The notes beneath the pieces were generated by a model that was not told where the DNA came from, made no database searches, and was given only the letters and a program-made list of their open reading frames with translations. A stretch of 64,000 nt of DNA from Thermoanaerobaculia bacterium (lineage in GTDB: Bacteria > Acidobacteriota > Thermoanaerobaculia > Multivoradales > UBA5704), in assembly GCA_044226625.1 (NCBI GenBank), contig JBGAGQ010000002.1, positions 173,086 through 237,085 on the forward strand, in the 5' to 3' direction. A program made the position numbers and the translations under genes. The stretch's first letter is position 1; each line of letters opens with the position of its first letter. Of this stretch, positions 1-11,459 are shown in pieces.

Positions 1-852
1 GTTCGAGAACTGGCGCCCCGGACAGGTCTCGAGGGTCCGAATCAGCTCGATCGCCGGCTCGAGCTCGGCAAGCTCGATGCCGAGCTTCTTGGCCACCAGG
101 GGAAACTGGCGCCGTAGGAAGAGGTCCCAGGCCTCGGCGATCACCCGCCGGGCGAGCGCCTCGTCGGCTTCCGTCTCGGCGTCCGGGTCGTCCCCGGCGC
201 GCCGACGGTGAAGATGGTCGAGCTGTAGCTCCAGGCTCTCACGCAGGTTCGCGCAGGCGATGCCGGGCGGATCGAAGCTGCGCACCAGCGCGAGCGCTTT
301 CTCGACATCTTCCAAAGTGTATCGATTCTCGTCCTCGAGATCCCCCATCGCGCGGATCTCTTCCGCGGTCGCGACCAGGAAGCCGTCGGCGTCCAAGTTT
401 CCGATGATCAGCTCGCCGATCTCGCGCTCGATCGGTGTGCATTCCCCCATGTGGAGCTGCCACAGCAGATGGTCGTAGAGGTCCCCTTCGCGCGAGAGGC
501 TGTTTTCGAGCGGTGAAGCTTCGCGCGTCTCGATCATCGAAGGCTCGTAGGACGAGTCCCACTCATCGCCGAAATAGGCGTCGAGATCGATGTTGTCCAT
601 CGACTCCCGATGGTCGATGACGTCGCCGTTGGGAAGCGGGGGCTCCTCCTTCGGGGAGACGCTCTCGTCGTCCTCTTCGATCTCGGCGTTCTCGCTCGCC
701 TCTTCGAGCACCGGATTCTCGACCAGCTCTTGAGCCAGGACGGACTCGAGCTCCATTCGGGTCATTTGCAGAAGCTTGATCGCCTGCTGCAGCGAAGGCG
801 TCATCACCAGCTTCTGGGACAGCTTGAGCGAAAGTCGTTGCTCGAGGGCCAT
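1..852 (-). CDS. rpoN: RNA polymerase sigma-54 factor, N-terminal part (runs off the window start)
   Basis: Manual translation from ATG at 852 gives MALEQRLSLKLSQKLVMTPSLQQAIKLLQMTRMELE, the sigma-54 region I. It lies directly downstream of lptB (classic synteny). Confidence 0.95.
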   Translation of the reverse strand, partial: MALEQRLSLKLSQKLVMTPSLQQAIKLLQMTRMELESVLAQELVENPVLEEASENAEIEEDDESVSPKEEPPLPNGDVIDHRESMDNIDLDAYFGDEWDSSYEPSMIETREASPLENSLSREGDLYDHLLWQLHMGECTPIEREIGELIIGNLDADGFLVATAEEIRAMGDLEDENRYTLEDVEKALALVRSFDPPGIACANLRESLELQLDHLHRRRAGDDPDAETEADEALARRVIAEAWDLFLRRQFPLVAKKLGIELAELEPAIELIRTLETCPGRQFSN

Positions 853-869
853 GAAGTGTCTCCCCCCGC

Positions 870-1640
870 TTAGAGAGAAAAGTCCTCTCCCAGATAGATC
901 TTGCGCACCTGGGGGTCGGAGGCGAGCTCCTTGGGTGTACCCGATTTCAGGATAGAGCCGTTGTTGATGATGTACGCCCGGTCGGTGATCTTCAGGGTCT
1001 CCCGAACGTTGTGGTCGGTGATCAGCACGCCGATGCCCATCTTCTTCAAATGCCGGACGATCCTCTGGATGTCGATGACCGCGATCGGATCGATGCCGGC
1101 GAACGGTTCGTCGAGCAGGATATACCAGGGGCTGATGACCAAAGCCCGCGCGATTTCGACTCGCCGCCGCTCGCCGCCGGACAGGGTGTAGCCTCGGCTC
1201 TTGCGCACCTTGCCGAGGCCGAAGTCGGCGATCAACTGGTCGATCCTCCGCTCCTGCTCGGCATGGGAGAGGTCGAGCGTCTCGAACACCGAGCGCAGAT
1301 TGTTCTCGACCGTCATCTTGCGGAAGATCGATGGTTCCTGCGGCAGGTAGCTGATGCCGCGTTGCGCGCGCAGGTACATCGGCAGCTCCGTGATGTCGTC
1401 CTCGCCGAGGAATACCGACCCCTCGTCGGGTGGAGTCAAGCCGACCACCATGTAGAAGGTGGTGGTCTTGCCCGCGCCGTTCGGCCCGAGCAGCCCGACG
1501 ATCTCGCCCGGGCCCACTTCGATCGAGACCCCTCCGACGACCGCGCGCCCGCGATAGACCTTCCGCAGATTGGCCGTCGAGAGCGTCTGCGGCGCCTCGC
1601 CGTTCGGCTCCCGCTGGAGATCCCGACCGTTTTCGTTCAC
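870..1640 (-). CDS. lptB: LPS export ABC transporter ATP-binding protein
   Basis: [68 protein letters not shown]. Confidence 0.96.
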   Translation of the reverse strand: MNENGRDLQREPNGEAPQTLSTANLRKVYRGRAVVGGVSIEVGPGEIVGLLGPNGAGKTTTFYMVVGLTPPDEGSVFLGEDDITELPMYLRAQRGISYLPQEPSIFRKMTVENNLRSVFETLDLSHAEQERRIDQLIADFGLGKVRKSRGYTLSGGERRRVEIARALVISPWYILLDEPFAGIDPIAVIDIQRIVRHLKKMGIGVLITDHNVRETLKITDRAYIINNGSILKSGTPKELASDPQVRKIYLGEDFSL

Positions 1641-3685
1641 CGATGTCCCTCCTGTCCGATCGGATTGGCCGGCTTGGCGGCGGGGCTTTGGACGCCCGCC
1701 TTGCCTTTGATCTCGACCTTGCCGCCGTCCACGAAATAGACCACCTGCCCACCCTGGATCTGGTTGCCGTCTTTGTCGCGCATCTTGACCGGCGCGCCAG
1801 AGGTGCCCGAAAAGTCGATCTGTCGAGCATCGACCGAGTAGATCGCGCGCTCGCCCGTGATCGTCTTGCCGCTCTGGGGATCGTTGAGACGGGCGTCGCC
1901 CGTGCAGGTCATCTTCTCCGCTTTCTTGTCTTCCTTGAGATCGACGTCAAGCGCCTTGCAGGACAGGGTTCGGGCGGTCTGGGTCACCCGCACCCCTCCG
2001 CTGTAGGAGACCTTGCGCCCGCTCTGGCTGTAGACCATCTCCGGGGCGATCACCTCGATCGGCTCCTGCGGCTTACCCGTCGATCGGTCCTCATCCTCCG
2101 GAACCCAGAGCGATTTGACGCTCCCCTTGGCGTAGAGACGATCCTCCGCCTTGTCGCCTCGAAGCTCCTCGGCGAGCAGCAGATCTTTGCCGCGCCAGGC
2201 TCGGACCGCGCCACGGAAGAGGAACGATTGCGGGTTCGATCGGTAGTACGCCTCTCGGGCGTCGACCCAGACCGGCCCCTTACCCGAGCCGAGCGCCGAG
2301 CCTGCGAGCCCCGCCTCGTCCGCTCGCGTGAGCAGGGCGCGCACGCCGCCGTCGGCTCGGAGCAGACCGGTCTTCTTCTCCCACACGACGTGAGGCCCGG
2401 TCATACGGCCACGATCGCTCTCCGCCTCGACCGGGGCGCCGAAGAACTCTCCCTGCCCCGAATCGAGCTGTAAGACGGCCCGGTCGCCGCGTGCCTTGGT
2501 CCGACCGTCCGTGAAGCGGACGTCCTGGCGCAGGATCGCCTCGGCGAGCTGGCCGCTCGGTCCGAAGTTGGCGAGCGCGCCGAGCGCGTGGGCGGTGCGA
2601 GGTAGAACCGGGGGCTGCCCCTTCTTGGGCGCGACGGTTTCGATCAAGTCGACGCCGGTGACGCCGCGAGCGGTCTTCATTACGCCGTCGATCATCCGAC
2701 CCTCGAGGCGGCGTGAGGTCAGCTTTCGAGTCAACCCCGAGCCGGTCGCCACGAGGGTCGCCGGATCGATAGGCGTTCCTTCGAGCTCGATCTCGCGCGC
2801 GGACGCCTCCTGCGGCGGCGTCAACATGCCGAACGTTTTGCCAGAGAAGGTGACGCGCGCGGCGCCCGGCTGATCGCTGTGGCCCGCGAGCGATCCCGAG
2901 ACGTTCAGGACGGCGCGAACGAACACGGCGCTCCGTTCATCGGGGCCGAGGAACGTATTGATGATCTGCGCCGTCATGCGGTCCCCGCCGCGCTGGAGCT
3001 GGACCTGGCCTTCCGATCGGAGCCGGCGGCTCTTCCGCTCGTAGACGACGCGGTCGGCGCGGAGCGCCACCGCGGGGACGACCCCGGGAAGGCTGTGCAA
3101 CTCGACGTTTCCGACCAGGATGTACATCTCGCGGTCGAGGTGAATGCGCAGCAGGTCGGAGCGCACGCGGTATTGCGCCCCACCGGCCTCGCCGTAGCCG
3201 ATGTCGACCGGCTGGACGCTCGCGAGGATCTTGCCCTGATCCTGCAGGAGGAGTACGGGCGTCTGAAGCGTGAGACCTTCCGGCCCGCGGAGGCGAACCT
3301 GGCCTTCGAGGCGACCTTCGTTCTGGAGACGGTTGAAGCTCGCGGTGCGGCTTTCGACCTCGTAGGACCTACCCTGCGCGTCGTACAGCGTGAGGCCGAC
3401 CTTGTCGAGGTAGATCGTTTCCTGCCGGTCGGCTTTGACGCTCTCCCCGCGAATCCGGAAGAGCGGCTTTTCGCCTTCCGTGAAGGTGTAGTCGAAATCC
3501 TGGCCGATCAGTGCGAGGTTCTCGGTCTTGTCCGGTAGGTCCGTACCGGTTCGCGGGCGTGGCTTCGCCGTCTCCCGACCCGATCGGCCGAACCAGAACA
3601 AACCTCCGAGCGCGGCCAGGCCGAGGACGAAAGCGACCAACAGGACCCGGCGGATCCAGGCGACAGGGGAACGAAGCTTCGCCAT
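1637..3685 (-). CDS. LPS export protein, fused LptC/LptA(OstA)-like beta-jellyroll repeats
   Basis: N-terminal TM anchor and repeated beta-strand units (e.g. 'LYAKGSVKS', 'MTCTGDARL'); overlaps the lptB start by 4 bp. Confidence 0.8.
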   Translation of the reverse strand: MAKLRSPVAWIRRVLLVAFVLGLAALGGLFWFGRSGRETAKPRPRTGTDLPDKTENLALIGQDFDYTFTEGEKPLFRIRGESVKADRQETIYLDKVGLTLYDAQGRSYEVESRTASFNRLQNEGRLEGQVRLRGPEGLTLQTPVLLLQDQGKILASVQPVDIGYGEAGGAQYRVRSDLLRIHLDREMYILVGNVELHSLPGVVPAVALRADRVVYERKSRRLRSEGQVQLQRGGDRMTAQIINTFLGPDERSAVFVRAVLNVSGSLAGHSDQPGAARVTFSGKTFGMLTPPQEASAREIELEGTPIDPATLVATGSGLTRKLTSRRLEGRMIDGVMKTARGVTGVDLIETVAPKKGQPPVLPRTAHALGALANFGPSGQLAEAILRQDVRFTDGRTKARGDRAVLQLDSGQGEFFGAPVEAESDRGRMTGPHVVWEKKTGLLRADGGVRALLTRADEAGLAGSALGSGKGPVWVDAREAYYRSNPQSFLFRGAVRAWRGKDLLLAEELRGDKAEDRLYAKGSVKSLWVPEDEDRSTGKPQEPIEVIAPEMVYSQSGRKVSYSGGVRVTQTARTLSCKALDVDLKEDKKAEKMTCTGDARLNDPQSGKTITGERAIYSVDARQIDFSGTSGAPVKMRDKDGNQIQGGQVVYFVDGGKVEIKGKAGVQSPAAKPANPIGQEGHR

Positions 3686-3780
3686 GCAAGAGGCATTCTA
3701 CGTGTTGGCACAACGATTGAAAGGGCTTGACAAGGACACCGACATCTGGCCGCGCCGGCCGAGCCGCCGCTCGGGCTCGA

Positions 3781-5499
3781 TCACGAGGCGACCGCACGCG
3801 CGTCGATCAGGCGAAGGGACGGCTCGCCGAGATAGCGGTCGTACTCCAGGATGGCGAGGACCTCGAAACGGCCGTCCAGCTGCTCGGCGCGCGATTGCCA
3901 GCCCCATCCGACCAAATTCACGCCCCGACCGTCGTCTCCTCTCGCGCGCGCGGACAGGTGGTCCGCGCCGAACCGCCTCGGCGTTCGGTCGAGCGTTAGG
4001 GGTCCGACCCGGATCACCGGCTCGGGGTTGCCCTGACCGAACGGGGCAAGGGCCGCCAGCTTCTCGTAGAACCGGAGGTCGATCTCGGACGGTGAGGCCT
4101 CGATCTCATAGGAATACCGGCGCTCGAGCAGGTCGGGCGAAAACCCCGCGGCGGCCGCTTCCTCCCATTCTTCTCGGAGGATCGGCAGCGACTCGAGCGA
4201 CGCCGAGAGGCCGAGCGCCTGGGCGTGGCCGCCGAACCGATGCAGTCTCTCTTTCCAGGGCGAGAGGAAACCGTGCAGGGCGATCCCAGGGATGCTGCGG
4301 CCCGAACCGGTGGCCGACTCCCCTTCCACCGCCAGCAACAAAGTGGGCCGATTCCACGCCCGAGCGAGCCGGCCGGCGGCGATCCCCACCACGCCGCGAT
4401 GCCAGTCCAGGCTCCAGAAAACGAGGATCGCCGGCGTTTGGCCGAGTTGCTCCGCCCGCTGGTCGGCCAGCGCAAGCGCCTGCTCGACCACCGCCGCTTC
4501 CTCGGACTGGCGGTCCCGGTTCCACTCGTCGAGCTGCGCGGCGAGCGCGGCGGCCCGCTCCGCGTCGCGCGAGAGGAGGATTTCGAGCGCCGGATCCGCC
4601 TCGGCCAATCGCCCGGCAGCGTTCAACCGAGGCCCGATCCGGAAGCCGATGTCGGAGGCCGAGTAGGGGGGCTTCATCCCCGCCTGGCGAATTAGAGCCT
4701 TCAACCCGACCGACCGCGAGCCTTCCAGTGCTTTCAAGCCGAGCGCTGCGATGACGCGGTTCTCCCCGCGCAAGGGAACGAGGTCCGCGATGGTCCCGAG
4801 GCAAGCGATCCGGAGCAGCGCCTCCTCGGAGATCGGCTTGCCGATCCGCCGGGCGAGGGCGAGCGAAAGCTTGAACGCGATCCCCGCCGCCGCGAGGTCC
4901 GGAAAGGGATAGGTGCAGCCGGGCTGGTGAGGATTGATCTGGATCGCGCCGTCGGGCAAGGTCTCGCCGGCGATATGGTGGTCGGTGACCACGACGTCCA
5001 CGCCCGATTCCCCCGCGGCTTCGATCGCCGCGCGCGACGAGCTGCCGCAGTCGGCGGTGACGATCAAGCGACAGCCCGCCGCGATCGCCCGTTCGACGTG
5101 GCATGCCTGAAACCCGTATCCGTCGCGCATCCGGTGGGGCAGGATCGCCTGGGCCTCGAGCCCGAGAGAAGAGAACACCGCAAGCAGCTGCGCCGTCGCG
5201 CTGATGCCGTCGACGTCGTAGTCGCCGACGATCGCGATCTTCTGCTTGGCTTCCCTCGCGGCGACCAGTCTCTCCACAGCGGGCGCCATCCCGGCCAACA
5301 GCGACGGATCGTGGAGATGCTCGAGACGGGGAGCGAGGAACCGCTCGGCGGATTCCGGATCGACCGCTCCCCGCCGGGCGAGCAGCGCCGCGAATCGCGG
5401 CGAATGCCCGGCCGCGATCAGCGCGTCGAGGTCGATGGGTGCGGGCTCGGCGATCCAGCTCGCCGCCCGCTCCCTACGACTCGTAGACCCCCATGGCAC
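3781..5499 (-). CDS. recJ: Single-stranded-DNA-specific exonuclease RecJ (start approximate, GTG)
   Basis: GDYDVDG, TADCG, TDHH, GTIADLVPL, GPRLNAAGRL, GGHAQALG and APFGQGNPEP motifs. Confidence 0.93.
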   Translation of the reverse strand: MPWGSTSRRERAASWIAEPAPIDLDALIAAGHSPRFAALLARRGAVDPESAERFLAPRLEHLHDPSLLAGMAPAVERLVAAREAKQKIAIVGDYDVDGISATAQLLAVFSSLGLEAQAILPHRMRDGYGFQACHVERAIAAGCRLIVTADCGSSSRAAIEAAGESGVDVVVTDHHIAGETLPDGAIQINPHQPGCTYPFPDLAAAGIAFKLSLALARRIGKPISEEALLRIACLGTIADLVPLRGENRVIAALGLKALEGSRSVGLKALIRQAGMKPPYSASDIGFRIGPRLNAAGRLAEADPALEILLSRDAERAAALAAQLDEWNRDRQSEEAAVVEQALALADQRAEQLGQTPAILVFWSLDWHRGVVGIAAGRLARAWNRPTLLLAVEGESATGSGRSIPGIALHGFLSPWKERLHRFGGHAQALGLSASLESLPILREEWEEAAAAGFSPDLLERRYSYEIEASPSEIDLRFYEKLAALAPFGQGNPEPVIRVGPLTLDRTPRRFGADHLSARARGDDGRGVNLVGWGWQSRAEQLDGRFEVLAILEYDRYLGEPSLRLIDARAVAS

Positions 5500-6424
5500 G
5501 GAACTTCGCGTACCGCCGCGAAAGAAGCTTGTCGATCGGCTCCTTCGCGAGCTCGGCGACCGCGCGTTCGATGGCGTCGCCGACCCGTCGGGCGGTCTCG
5601 CCTGGATCGGTATGGGCGCCACCGATCGGCTCCGGAACGATCGCGTCGACCACCTTGAGCTCGATCAGGTCCGGAGCGGTGAGGCGGAGCGCTTCGGCCG
5701 CTTCGGCCTTCTTGTTCTGGTCTTTCCAGAGGATCGCGGCGCACCCCTCGGGGGAGATCACCGAGTAGGTGCCGTATTCGAGGATCAGGATTCGGTCGCC
5801 CACCCCGAGCGCAAGAGCTCCCCCGCTCCCCCCCTCGCCGGTCACCGTGACGACGATCGGCGTGCGCAGCACCGCCATCTCGAGGAGATTTCTCGCGATC
5901 GCCTCGGCCTGACCGCGCTCCTCGGCGTCGAGGCCTGGAAAAGCCCCCGCGGTGTCGATGAAAGTGAGCACCGGGAGACCGAACCGCTCGGCGAGCTTCA
6001 TGATCCGCAGCGCCTTGCGATATCCCTCGGGGCGCGCCTGGCCGAAGTTGCGGCGAATGCGCTCCTTGGTGTCGCGCCCCTTCTGGTGGCCGATCACCGC
6101 GACGCTCCGGCCGCGGAACGAAGCGAGGCCCGACACGATCGCCGCGTCGTCGCCGAACGCTCGGTCGCCGTGAAGCTCCACCCAGTCGTCCATCAGCATC
6201 TCGACGTAGTCGAGCGTGTATGGGCGATCGGGATGGCGCGCGACGAGCGTGCGCTGCCAACGGTTGAGGTTACCGTAGACCTCCTGCGCGGCCTTGCGCA
6301 GGGCGACCTTCAATCGCTCGGCTTCTTTCGCCTGACTGCTGCCGGCGGGAAAGCCCGAAAGCTCGGAAATCCGCTCGCGCAGGTCGGCCAGCGGTTCGTC
6401 GAAGGAGGATTCGTTGGCCTGCAT
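5474..6424 (-). CDS. accA: Acetyl-CoA carboxylase carboxyltransferase alpha subunit
   Basis: ARHPDRP, ELHGDRAFGDD, PEGYRKALR, GEGGSGGALA, YSVISPEGCAAILWKD. Confidence 0.97.
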   Translation of the reverse strand: MQANESSFDEPLADLRERISELSGFPAGSSQAKEAERLKVALRKAAQEVYGNLNRWQRTLVARHPDRPYTLDYVEMLMDDWVELHGDRAFGDDAAIVSGLASFRGRSVAVIGHQKGRDTKERIRRNFGQARPEGYRKALRIMKLAERFGLPVLTFIDTAGAFPGLDAEERGQAEAIARNLLEMAVLRTPIVVTVTGEGGSGGALALGVGDRILILEYGTYSVISPEGCAAILWKDQNKKAEAAEALRLTAPDLIELKVVDAIVPEPIGGAHTDPGETARRVGDAIERAVAELAKEPIDKLLSRRYAKFRAMGVYES

Positions 6425-6503
6425 AGGGGGCGCAAGCTAACAGACCGGTCCGAAGGGGGTCAAACCGATCTGGCATCTCGTCGCAAACCAGAGTTTTCAG
6501 TTC

Positions 6504-6531
6504 TTGACACTTGCGGCATAGCGCATACGAT
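6504..6531 (+). promoter_or_regulatory. Putative sigma-70 promoter
   Basis: TTGACA (6504-6509)-N16-TACGAT (6526-6531), upstream of the gene starting at 6681. Confidence 0.55.
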
Positions 6532-6680
6532 CAACCAGGAGATCCGCTCGATCGAGCCCTCGCGTTCCCTGGTCCGTCGCCCTGGCTGGCGACCGCGGAG
6601 CGAGATGGCGCGACCGAGGCGAAAGGAAGGAGATTCGAAAAACGGCGGCCCGTTCGCCAAGACACGAGAGGAGACTCACC

Positions 6681-9557
6681 ATGGGTCCGCACCCGTCCCG
6701 CCGCGGCTTCCTGCGGTTGCTCGCCGCCCTCGGCGCGTTCGCAATCACCACGGCGTTCGCGATGGCTCCCGATCGCTCGTCCCCGTCGCTCCGGCCCCCT
6801 TCTCGCTCGGCTTCGCCCCCCTCCTATACCCTGTTCGAAAGCGGCCAGGTCCGTCCGCTCGCGATCTCCCCGGACCGGCGACACCTCTTCGCCACGAACA
6901 CCCCCGACAATCGCCTCGAGATTTTCCGCATCCGAGCCGGCGGATTGCTCCACGTCGCCTCGATTCCCGTCGGCCTCGAACCGGTCGCCGTCGCTGTCCG
7001 CTCGAACCGCGAGGTGTGGGTGGTGAACCATCTCTCTGACAGTGTGAGTGTCGTCGAGCTCGAAGAGCAAGGCGGCGAGATTTCCGGCGAGGTCGAGCGC
7101 ACGCTGCTGGTTGGCGACGAGCCGCGCGATCTCGTTTTCGCCGGACCCGGGCGGAAGCGAGCTTTCATCACCGCCGCTCACCGCGGGCAGAACCTGCCGT
7201 TCGATCCTCAACTGACAACGCCGGGCGTCGGACGGGCCGACGTCTGGGTATTCGACGCCGAGAACCTTGGCTCCTCGGTCGGCGGAAGCCCGCTCACCAT
7301 CGTGACCCTCTTTACCGATACCCCGCGCGCCCTGGCTGTGACCCCCGACGGGTCGCGCGTCTACGCCGCGGGATTCCACAGCGGCAATCGAACCACCATC
7401 GTTGCCGAGGCGACGCTGCCCGACGGGTTCGGTCCCGACGGCGCCGCCGGACCGACGACCAACTTCGAAGGGCGCCCCGCGCCCGAGATTGGAGCCATCG
7501 TCCGTTGGAACGGCTCCCATTGGGTGGACACCTTGGGGCGTCCGCGCGATGCCTACGTTCGGTTCTCGCTACCGGACAAGGACGTTTTCGCGATCGACGC
7601 CATGAGCCATCCGCCGCGGCAGCTCTCCGGTCCGGCCGGTTCTTTCCAGGGCGTCGGCACGATCCTGTACACGATGGCCGTCAACCCCGCGAGCGGCAAG
7701 ATCTACGTGGCCAACACCGAGGCGAACAACCTCGACCGGTTCGAGGGGCCCGGAACCTTCGCCGGCCATAGCCTTCGCGGCCACCTCCACGAGAGCCGGA
7801 TCACCGTGCTCACCCCCGGGGCGGGCGGCGCAGCCGTCGCTCCCCGGCACCTCAACAAACACCTCGACTTCAGCCATTGCTGCGCGCCGAGCCCGAACGC
7901 CGAAAGCGCGAAGTCTCTCGCCTTCCCGCAAGGCATGGCGGTGACCGCGAACGGTAAGACCCTCTACGTCGCCGCACTCGGCTCCGACGAGGTCGGCGTC
8001 TTCTCGACCGCGGAGCTCGAGAACGACACCTTCGTTCCCAGCGCGGCCAGTCACATCGCGGTGAGCGGCGGCGGACCGACCGGCCTGGTTCTCGACGAGG
8101 AGCGCGGCCAGCTCTATGTCCTCACCCGGTTCGACGACGGCATCTCCGTCCTCGACACTCGGTCGCGCGTCGAGACCGCGCACGTTCTGATGCACAACCC
8201 CGAGCCCTCGACGGTCGTCGCGGGCCGGAGATTCCTCTACGACGCGCGGCTCTCATCCAGCCACGGCGACTCGGCCTGCGCGAGCTGCCACGTTTTCGGC
8301 GACTTCGACAGCTTGGCGTGGGATCTCGGCAATCCGGACGAGCGGGTGACCGACAACCCGGGGCCTTTCATCAGCGAGTTGCTCAACCTCGTCACCGGCC
8401 AGCCGATGGAACCGATTTTCCATCCGATGAAGGGACCCATGGCCACCCAGAGCCTGCGCGGCATGGCGAACCACGGTTCGATGCATTGGCGCGGCGACCG
8501 CACCGGGGGCAACGACGCCCCGAGCACGCAGCCGGACGGTGGCACGTTCGACGAGCGCGCGGCGTTCGCACGGTTCAACGGCGCGTTCCCCGATCTGCTC
8601 GGGCGAAGCTCGGTCCTCACCCAGGCGGAGATCAAGGCGTTCACCGACTTCGTCCTCCAGATCAGCTACCCACCGAATCCCAACCGGCGCATCGACAACG
8701 TGCTGACGCCGGACCAGGATGTCGGACGGCAGCTTTTCGACACCGTCAATTGCGGCATTCCCTCGGCTCCCGAGCTCAACGGCGCCGTCCTCACCTGCGC
8801 GAGCTGTCACACGATCGACCCGAACGCAAATCCCAGCTCTTCGGCGCCCGGGCTGTTCGGGAGCTCCGGTCTCACGAGCTTCGATTTCAGCCCACAGCTG
8901 TTCAAAGCGCCCCACCTGCGGAATCTCTACCAAAAGGTCGGAATGTTCGGGAACCCGGAGAATCCCGGCTTTTTAGGCGGCGACAACGGTTTCAAGGGAG
9001 ATCAGGTGCGCGGCTTCGGATTCTTGAACGACGGCAACGTCGACACAGTCTTCCGTTTCGTCCACGGGATCAGCTTCTCCGAGGTCGCGAACGGACCGGG
9101 CAGCAACAGCATCCCGGAGGGTCCCGCGGGCGAGATCCAAAGACGACAGCTCGAGGCGTTCATCCTCGCGTTCCCAACCAACCTCGCGCCCGCCGTCGGT
9201 CAGCAGGTGACGCTCCGTGGCTCGGGCTCCCAGGCGTCTGCGCTCGCCCGGATCGAGACTCTCCGCCAGCGGGCGGAGGCGGGAGAATGCGAGCTGATCG
9301 CCAAGGCGACGCTCGACGACGAGCTCGGCTTCCTCTACGTAGGATCGGGCCGGTACGCCACCGACCGGCGCGCCTTGCCGCCGCTTCCCGGTTCCGCCCT
9401 GAGAGCGTTGGCGGAGACCGGCCGGGCGGTGACCTACACCTGCGTGCCGCCCGGCTCCGGTACGCGCCTTGGGGTCGACCGTGACGGCGACGGCGCCTGG
9501 GACGGCGACGAGCGCCGCGCCCATTCCGATCCCGAAGATCCGAGCAGCCGTCCGTAA
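6681..9557 (+). CDS. Secreted YVTN/YncE-like beta-propeller plus di-heme cytochrome c domain protein
   Basis: Propeller repeats (GLEPVAVAV, VWVVNHLSDSVSVV), two CASCH heme motifs, C-terminal DRDGDG Ca-binding-like motif, N-terminal SRRGFL signal. Confidence 0.8.
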   Translation: MGPHPSRRGFLRLLAALGAFAITTAFAMAPDRSSPSLRPPSRSASPPSYTLFESGQVRPLAISPDRRHLFATNTPDNRLEIFRIRAGGLLHVASIPVGLEPVAVAVRSNREVWVVNHLSDSVSVVELEEQGGEISGEVERTLLVGDEPRDLVFAGPGRKRAFITAAHRGQNLPFDPQLTTPGVGRADVWVFDAENLGSSVGGSPLTIVTLFTDTPRALAVTPDGSRVYAAGFHSGNRTTIVAEATLPDGFGPDGAAGPTTNFEGRPAPEIGAIVRWNGSHWVDTLGRPRDAYVRFSLPDKDVFAIDAMSHPPRQLSGPAGSFQGVGTILYTMAVNPASGKIYVANTEANNLDRFEGPGTFAGHSLRGHLHESRITVLTPGAGGAAVAPRHLNKHLDFSHCCAPSPNAESAKSLAFPQGMAVTANGKTLYVAALGSDEVGVFSTAELENDTFVPSAASHIAVSGGGPTGLVLDEERGQLYVLTRFDDGISVLDTRSRVETAHVLMHNPEPSTVVAGRRFLYDARLSSSHGDSACASCHVFGDFDSLAWDLGNPDERVTDNPGPFISELLNLVTGQPMEPIFHPMKGPMATQSLRGMANHGSMHWRGDRTGGNDAPSTQPDGGTFDERAAFARFNGAFPDLLGRSSVLTQAEIKAFTDFVLQISYPPNPNRRIDNVLTPDQDVGRQLFDTVNCGIPSAPELNGAVLTCASCHTIDPNANPSSSAPGLFGSSGLTSFDFSPQLFKAPHLRNLYQKVGMFGNPENPGFLGGDNGFKGDQVRGFGFLNDGNVDTVFRFVHGISFSEVANGPGSNSIPEGPAGEIQRRQLEAFILAFPTNLAPAVGQQVTLRGSGSQASALARIETLRQRAEAGECELIAKATLDDELGFLYVGSGRYATDRRALPPLPGSALRALAETGRAVTYTCVPPGSGTRLGVDRDGDGAWDGDERRAHSDPEDPSSRP

Positions 9558-9631
9558 GAGAGCGTCCCGACGAGGAGATCCCGGCTCACACCTGCCGGGT
9601 TCTCCTCGCCTTCCTGTCTAGCTCGAATCCC

Positions 9632-11332
9632 CTACTTCAACGCCTGCGAAAGCACCCGGCCTTCGCAGCCGCTCGGCTGCAGGATGCCGAGCAGATCCGA
9701 AAGCGTCGGCGCGATGTCGAGCGTCGAGACGCGCTCGGTGTAGCGACCCGCCTTGATCCCCGCGCCCGCGAGCAGGAGCGGCACCGAGGTGTCGTAGGCA
9801 TACGGCGTGCCGTGCGTCGCGCCGGTCGATCGACCGGGGACCCAATAGGGATCGGAGACCATCACCAGCTCGCCGCTCACCTTCGGGTGGAAGCTTCGCG
9901 CGATGCGACGCGAGATGTCGTTGTCGAGCATCTGGCCGTCGAGTAGCTGACTGCGGGTGAAGACGGCGTAGATACCGGGCTGCTGGCGCAGGTAATCCGC
10001 CGCGACGTCTTCTGCGCGGGTGTAGCTCACCTTCTTGCCAGTGATGGTCTGCAGGTTGAGATAGACGTTGTCGTCGACGATCGCTTGGACCCAATCGCCA
10101 GGGCCGAGCTCCGTCGTCATCGCCTTCTCCAATCCGTCCTCGGCGATCTGCGTCGTACCGGCACCAAACCCGGCTTTCTGGAGCTCGGCGACGATCGGCG
10201 CGACGCCGTGATCGGCGGTGACCACGATCGTCACGTTCGCGAGCCCCCCCGGGACCATCTTGCCGAGAGCGTTGAAGAAGCGGCTGAGCGCCGCGTCGGT
10301 TTGCACCGTGATGTCCAGCACCTCGGCGCTGTCAGGGCCGAAGCTATGGCCGACGTAATCGTTGCTGGACAGGTTGATCGCCAGGAGGTCGGATGCCCCG
10401 TCCTGCCCGAGCTTCTCTTGCCGCACGATTTCCGTCGCCGTGTCGAGGGTGTAGCCATTGGCGAACGGCGTGCTCGTAAAGGCGCTGTAAAAGGCCGGAC
10501 CCGGTTGTTCCAGCCCTCCCGTCACGGGATGAGGGAACGTCGCGCCGAGGCCGGGGCGCGGTCCCACCGAGCCGTTGGCCGGCGTCCAGAGCCGCTTCAG
10601 CTTCTCCGGAGCGACCGACAGCTCCCAGTTCTTGCCAAAGAAGGCGTCGACCTTCTTCGCCTCGTTCCAGGTGGTGACCCAGGCGGGCAGGGTGCCGTCC
10701 GGCCGGTAGTAACGGCTGGAGATCCAGGCCCCCGTCTTGTCGTCGAACCAGAGGACGCCGTCGGCGAGATGTCCCGCCATCAACACGGCGGCGCGGTCCT
10801 TGAGGGCGACCGCCCAGACCTTCGACGCCGCGACGGGATCTCGGCCGTTCGCCATCTTAAGCTCGTCCCCGACCGTGCTCACCCGCAAGGTTGCCGGCGA
10901 GACGCCGTTGGTTCCGTTCGGATCGTCGGCCCCGACGAGAGGGCTCGTCGTGTCCCGTACGCAATACCGCTCGCCAGGGGTCTTGAGGCCGCGATCGAAC
11001 CAATCGTTCGCAATGATCCCCGACTTATAGGGCGGGGCGCCGGTCAAATGCACCGAATGCCCCACGCCGGTCACGAGCGGGAAATGATCGTGGTGGGCGT
11101 CGGTGTGGTACGCGCCCTTTTCCATCAGATAGCGGAAGCCCCCTACCGTTCCGCCCTTCGCGGCGACCGCCGGCAGGAAGAGATCGTCGAACCGCATCAG
11201 GTAGTCGGCCCGGAACTGGTCGATCGAGAGGACCACCACCAGCTTCGGACGAACCGGCGCGGCCGAAGCGGCCGTGACGAAGACGAGGAAACTAAAGACC
11301 GCGAGCGCGATCGGGCGAAGCGTGCGAGTCAT
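9632..11332 (-). CDS. Alkaline phosphatase family (PafA/NPP-like) protein
   Basis: Signal peptide, VLSIDQFRADY, T-GVGH nucleophile region, DYVGHSFGPDS, TADHG, HGTPYAYD. Confidence 0.88.
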   Translation of the reverse strand: MTRTLRPIALAVFSFLVFVTAASAAPVRPKLVVVLSIDQFRADYLMRFDDLFLPAVAAKGGTVGGFRYLMEKGAYHTDAHHDHFPLVTGVGHSVHLTGAPPYKSGIIANDWFDRGLKTPGERYCVRDTTSPLVGADDPNGTNGVSPATLRVSTVGDELKMANGRDPVAASKVWAVALKDRAAVLMAGHLADGVLWFDDKTGAWISSRYYRPDGTLPAWVTTWNEAKKVDAFFGKNWELSVAPEKLKRLWTPANGSVGPRPGLGATFPHPVTGGLEQPGPAFYSAFTSTPFANGYTLDTATEIVRQEKLGQDGASDLLAINLSSNDYVGHSFGPDSAEVLDITVQTDAALSRFFNALGKMVPGGLANVTIVVTADHGVAPIVAELQKAGFGAGTTQIAEDGLEKAMTTELGPGDWVQAIVDDNVYLNLQTITGKKVSYTRAEDVAADYLRQQPGIYAVFTRSQLLDGQMLDNDISRRIARSFHPKVSGELVMVSDPYWVPGRSTGATHGTPYAYDTSVPLLLAGAGIKAGRYTERVSTLDIAPTLSDLLGILQPSGCEGRVLSQALK

Positions 11333-11459
11333 GGAACCCTCCAGAGGTAGGAAACGACCCCGAAAGGCTAGCATGCGAGACGGCACCCTTCGAGAGCCGG
11401 ACCCGCGTAAGGTAGCCGGTCCGGCACCCTCCAAACGGGAGAGGTGCCGGACTCCTTTT

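Noticed and set aside
1637-3685. LptC-LptA fusion as a novelty
   Set aside because: Long fused Lpt bridge proteins in lptB-rpoN context are a plausible lineage norm, so it was treated as housekeeping.
5246-7039. Long antisense or alternate-frame ORFs (also 16152-17930, 19360-21108, 27642-29906, 61122-63506)
   Set aside because: These are Arg/Pro/Gly-rich shadow ORFs typical of high-GC DNA that overlap well-supported genes.
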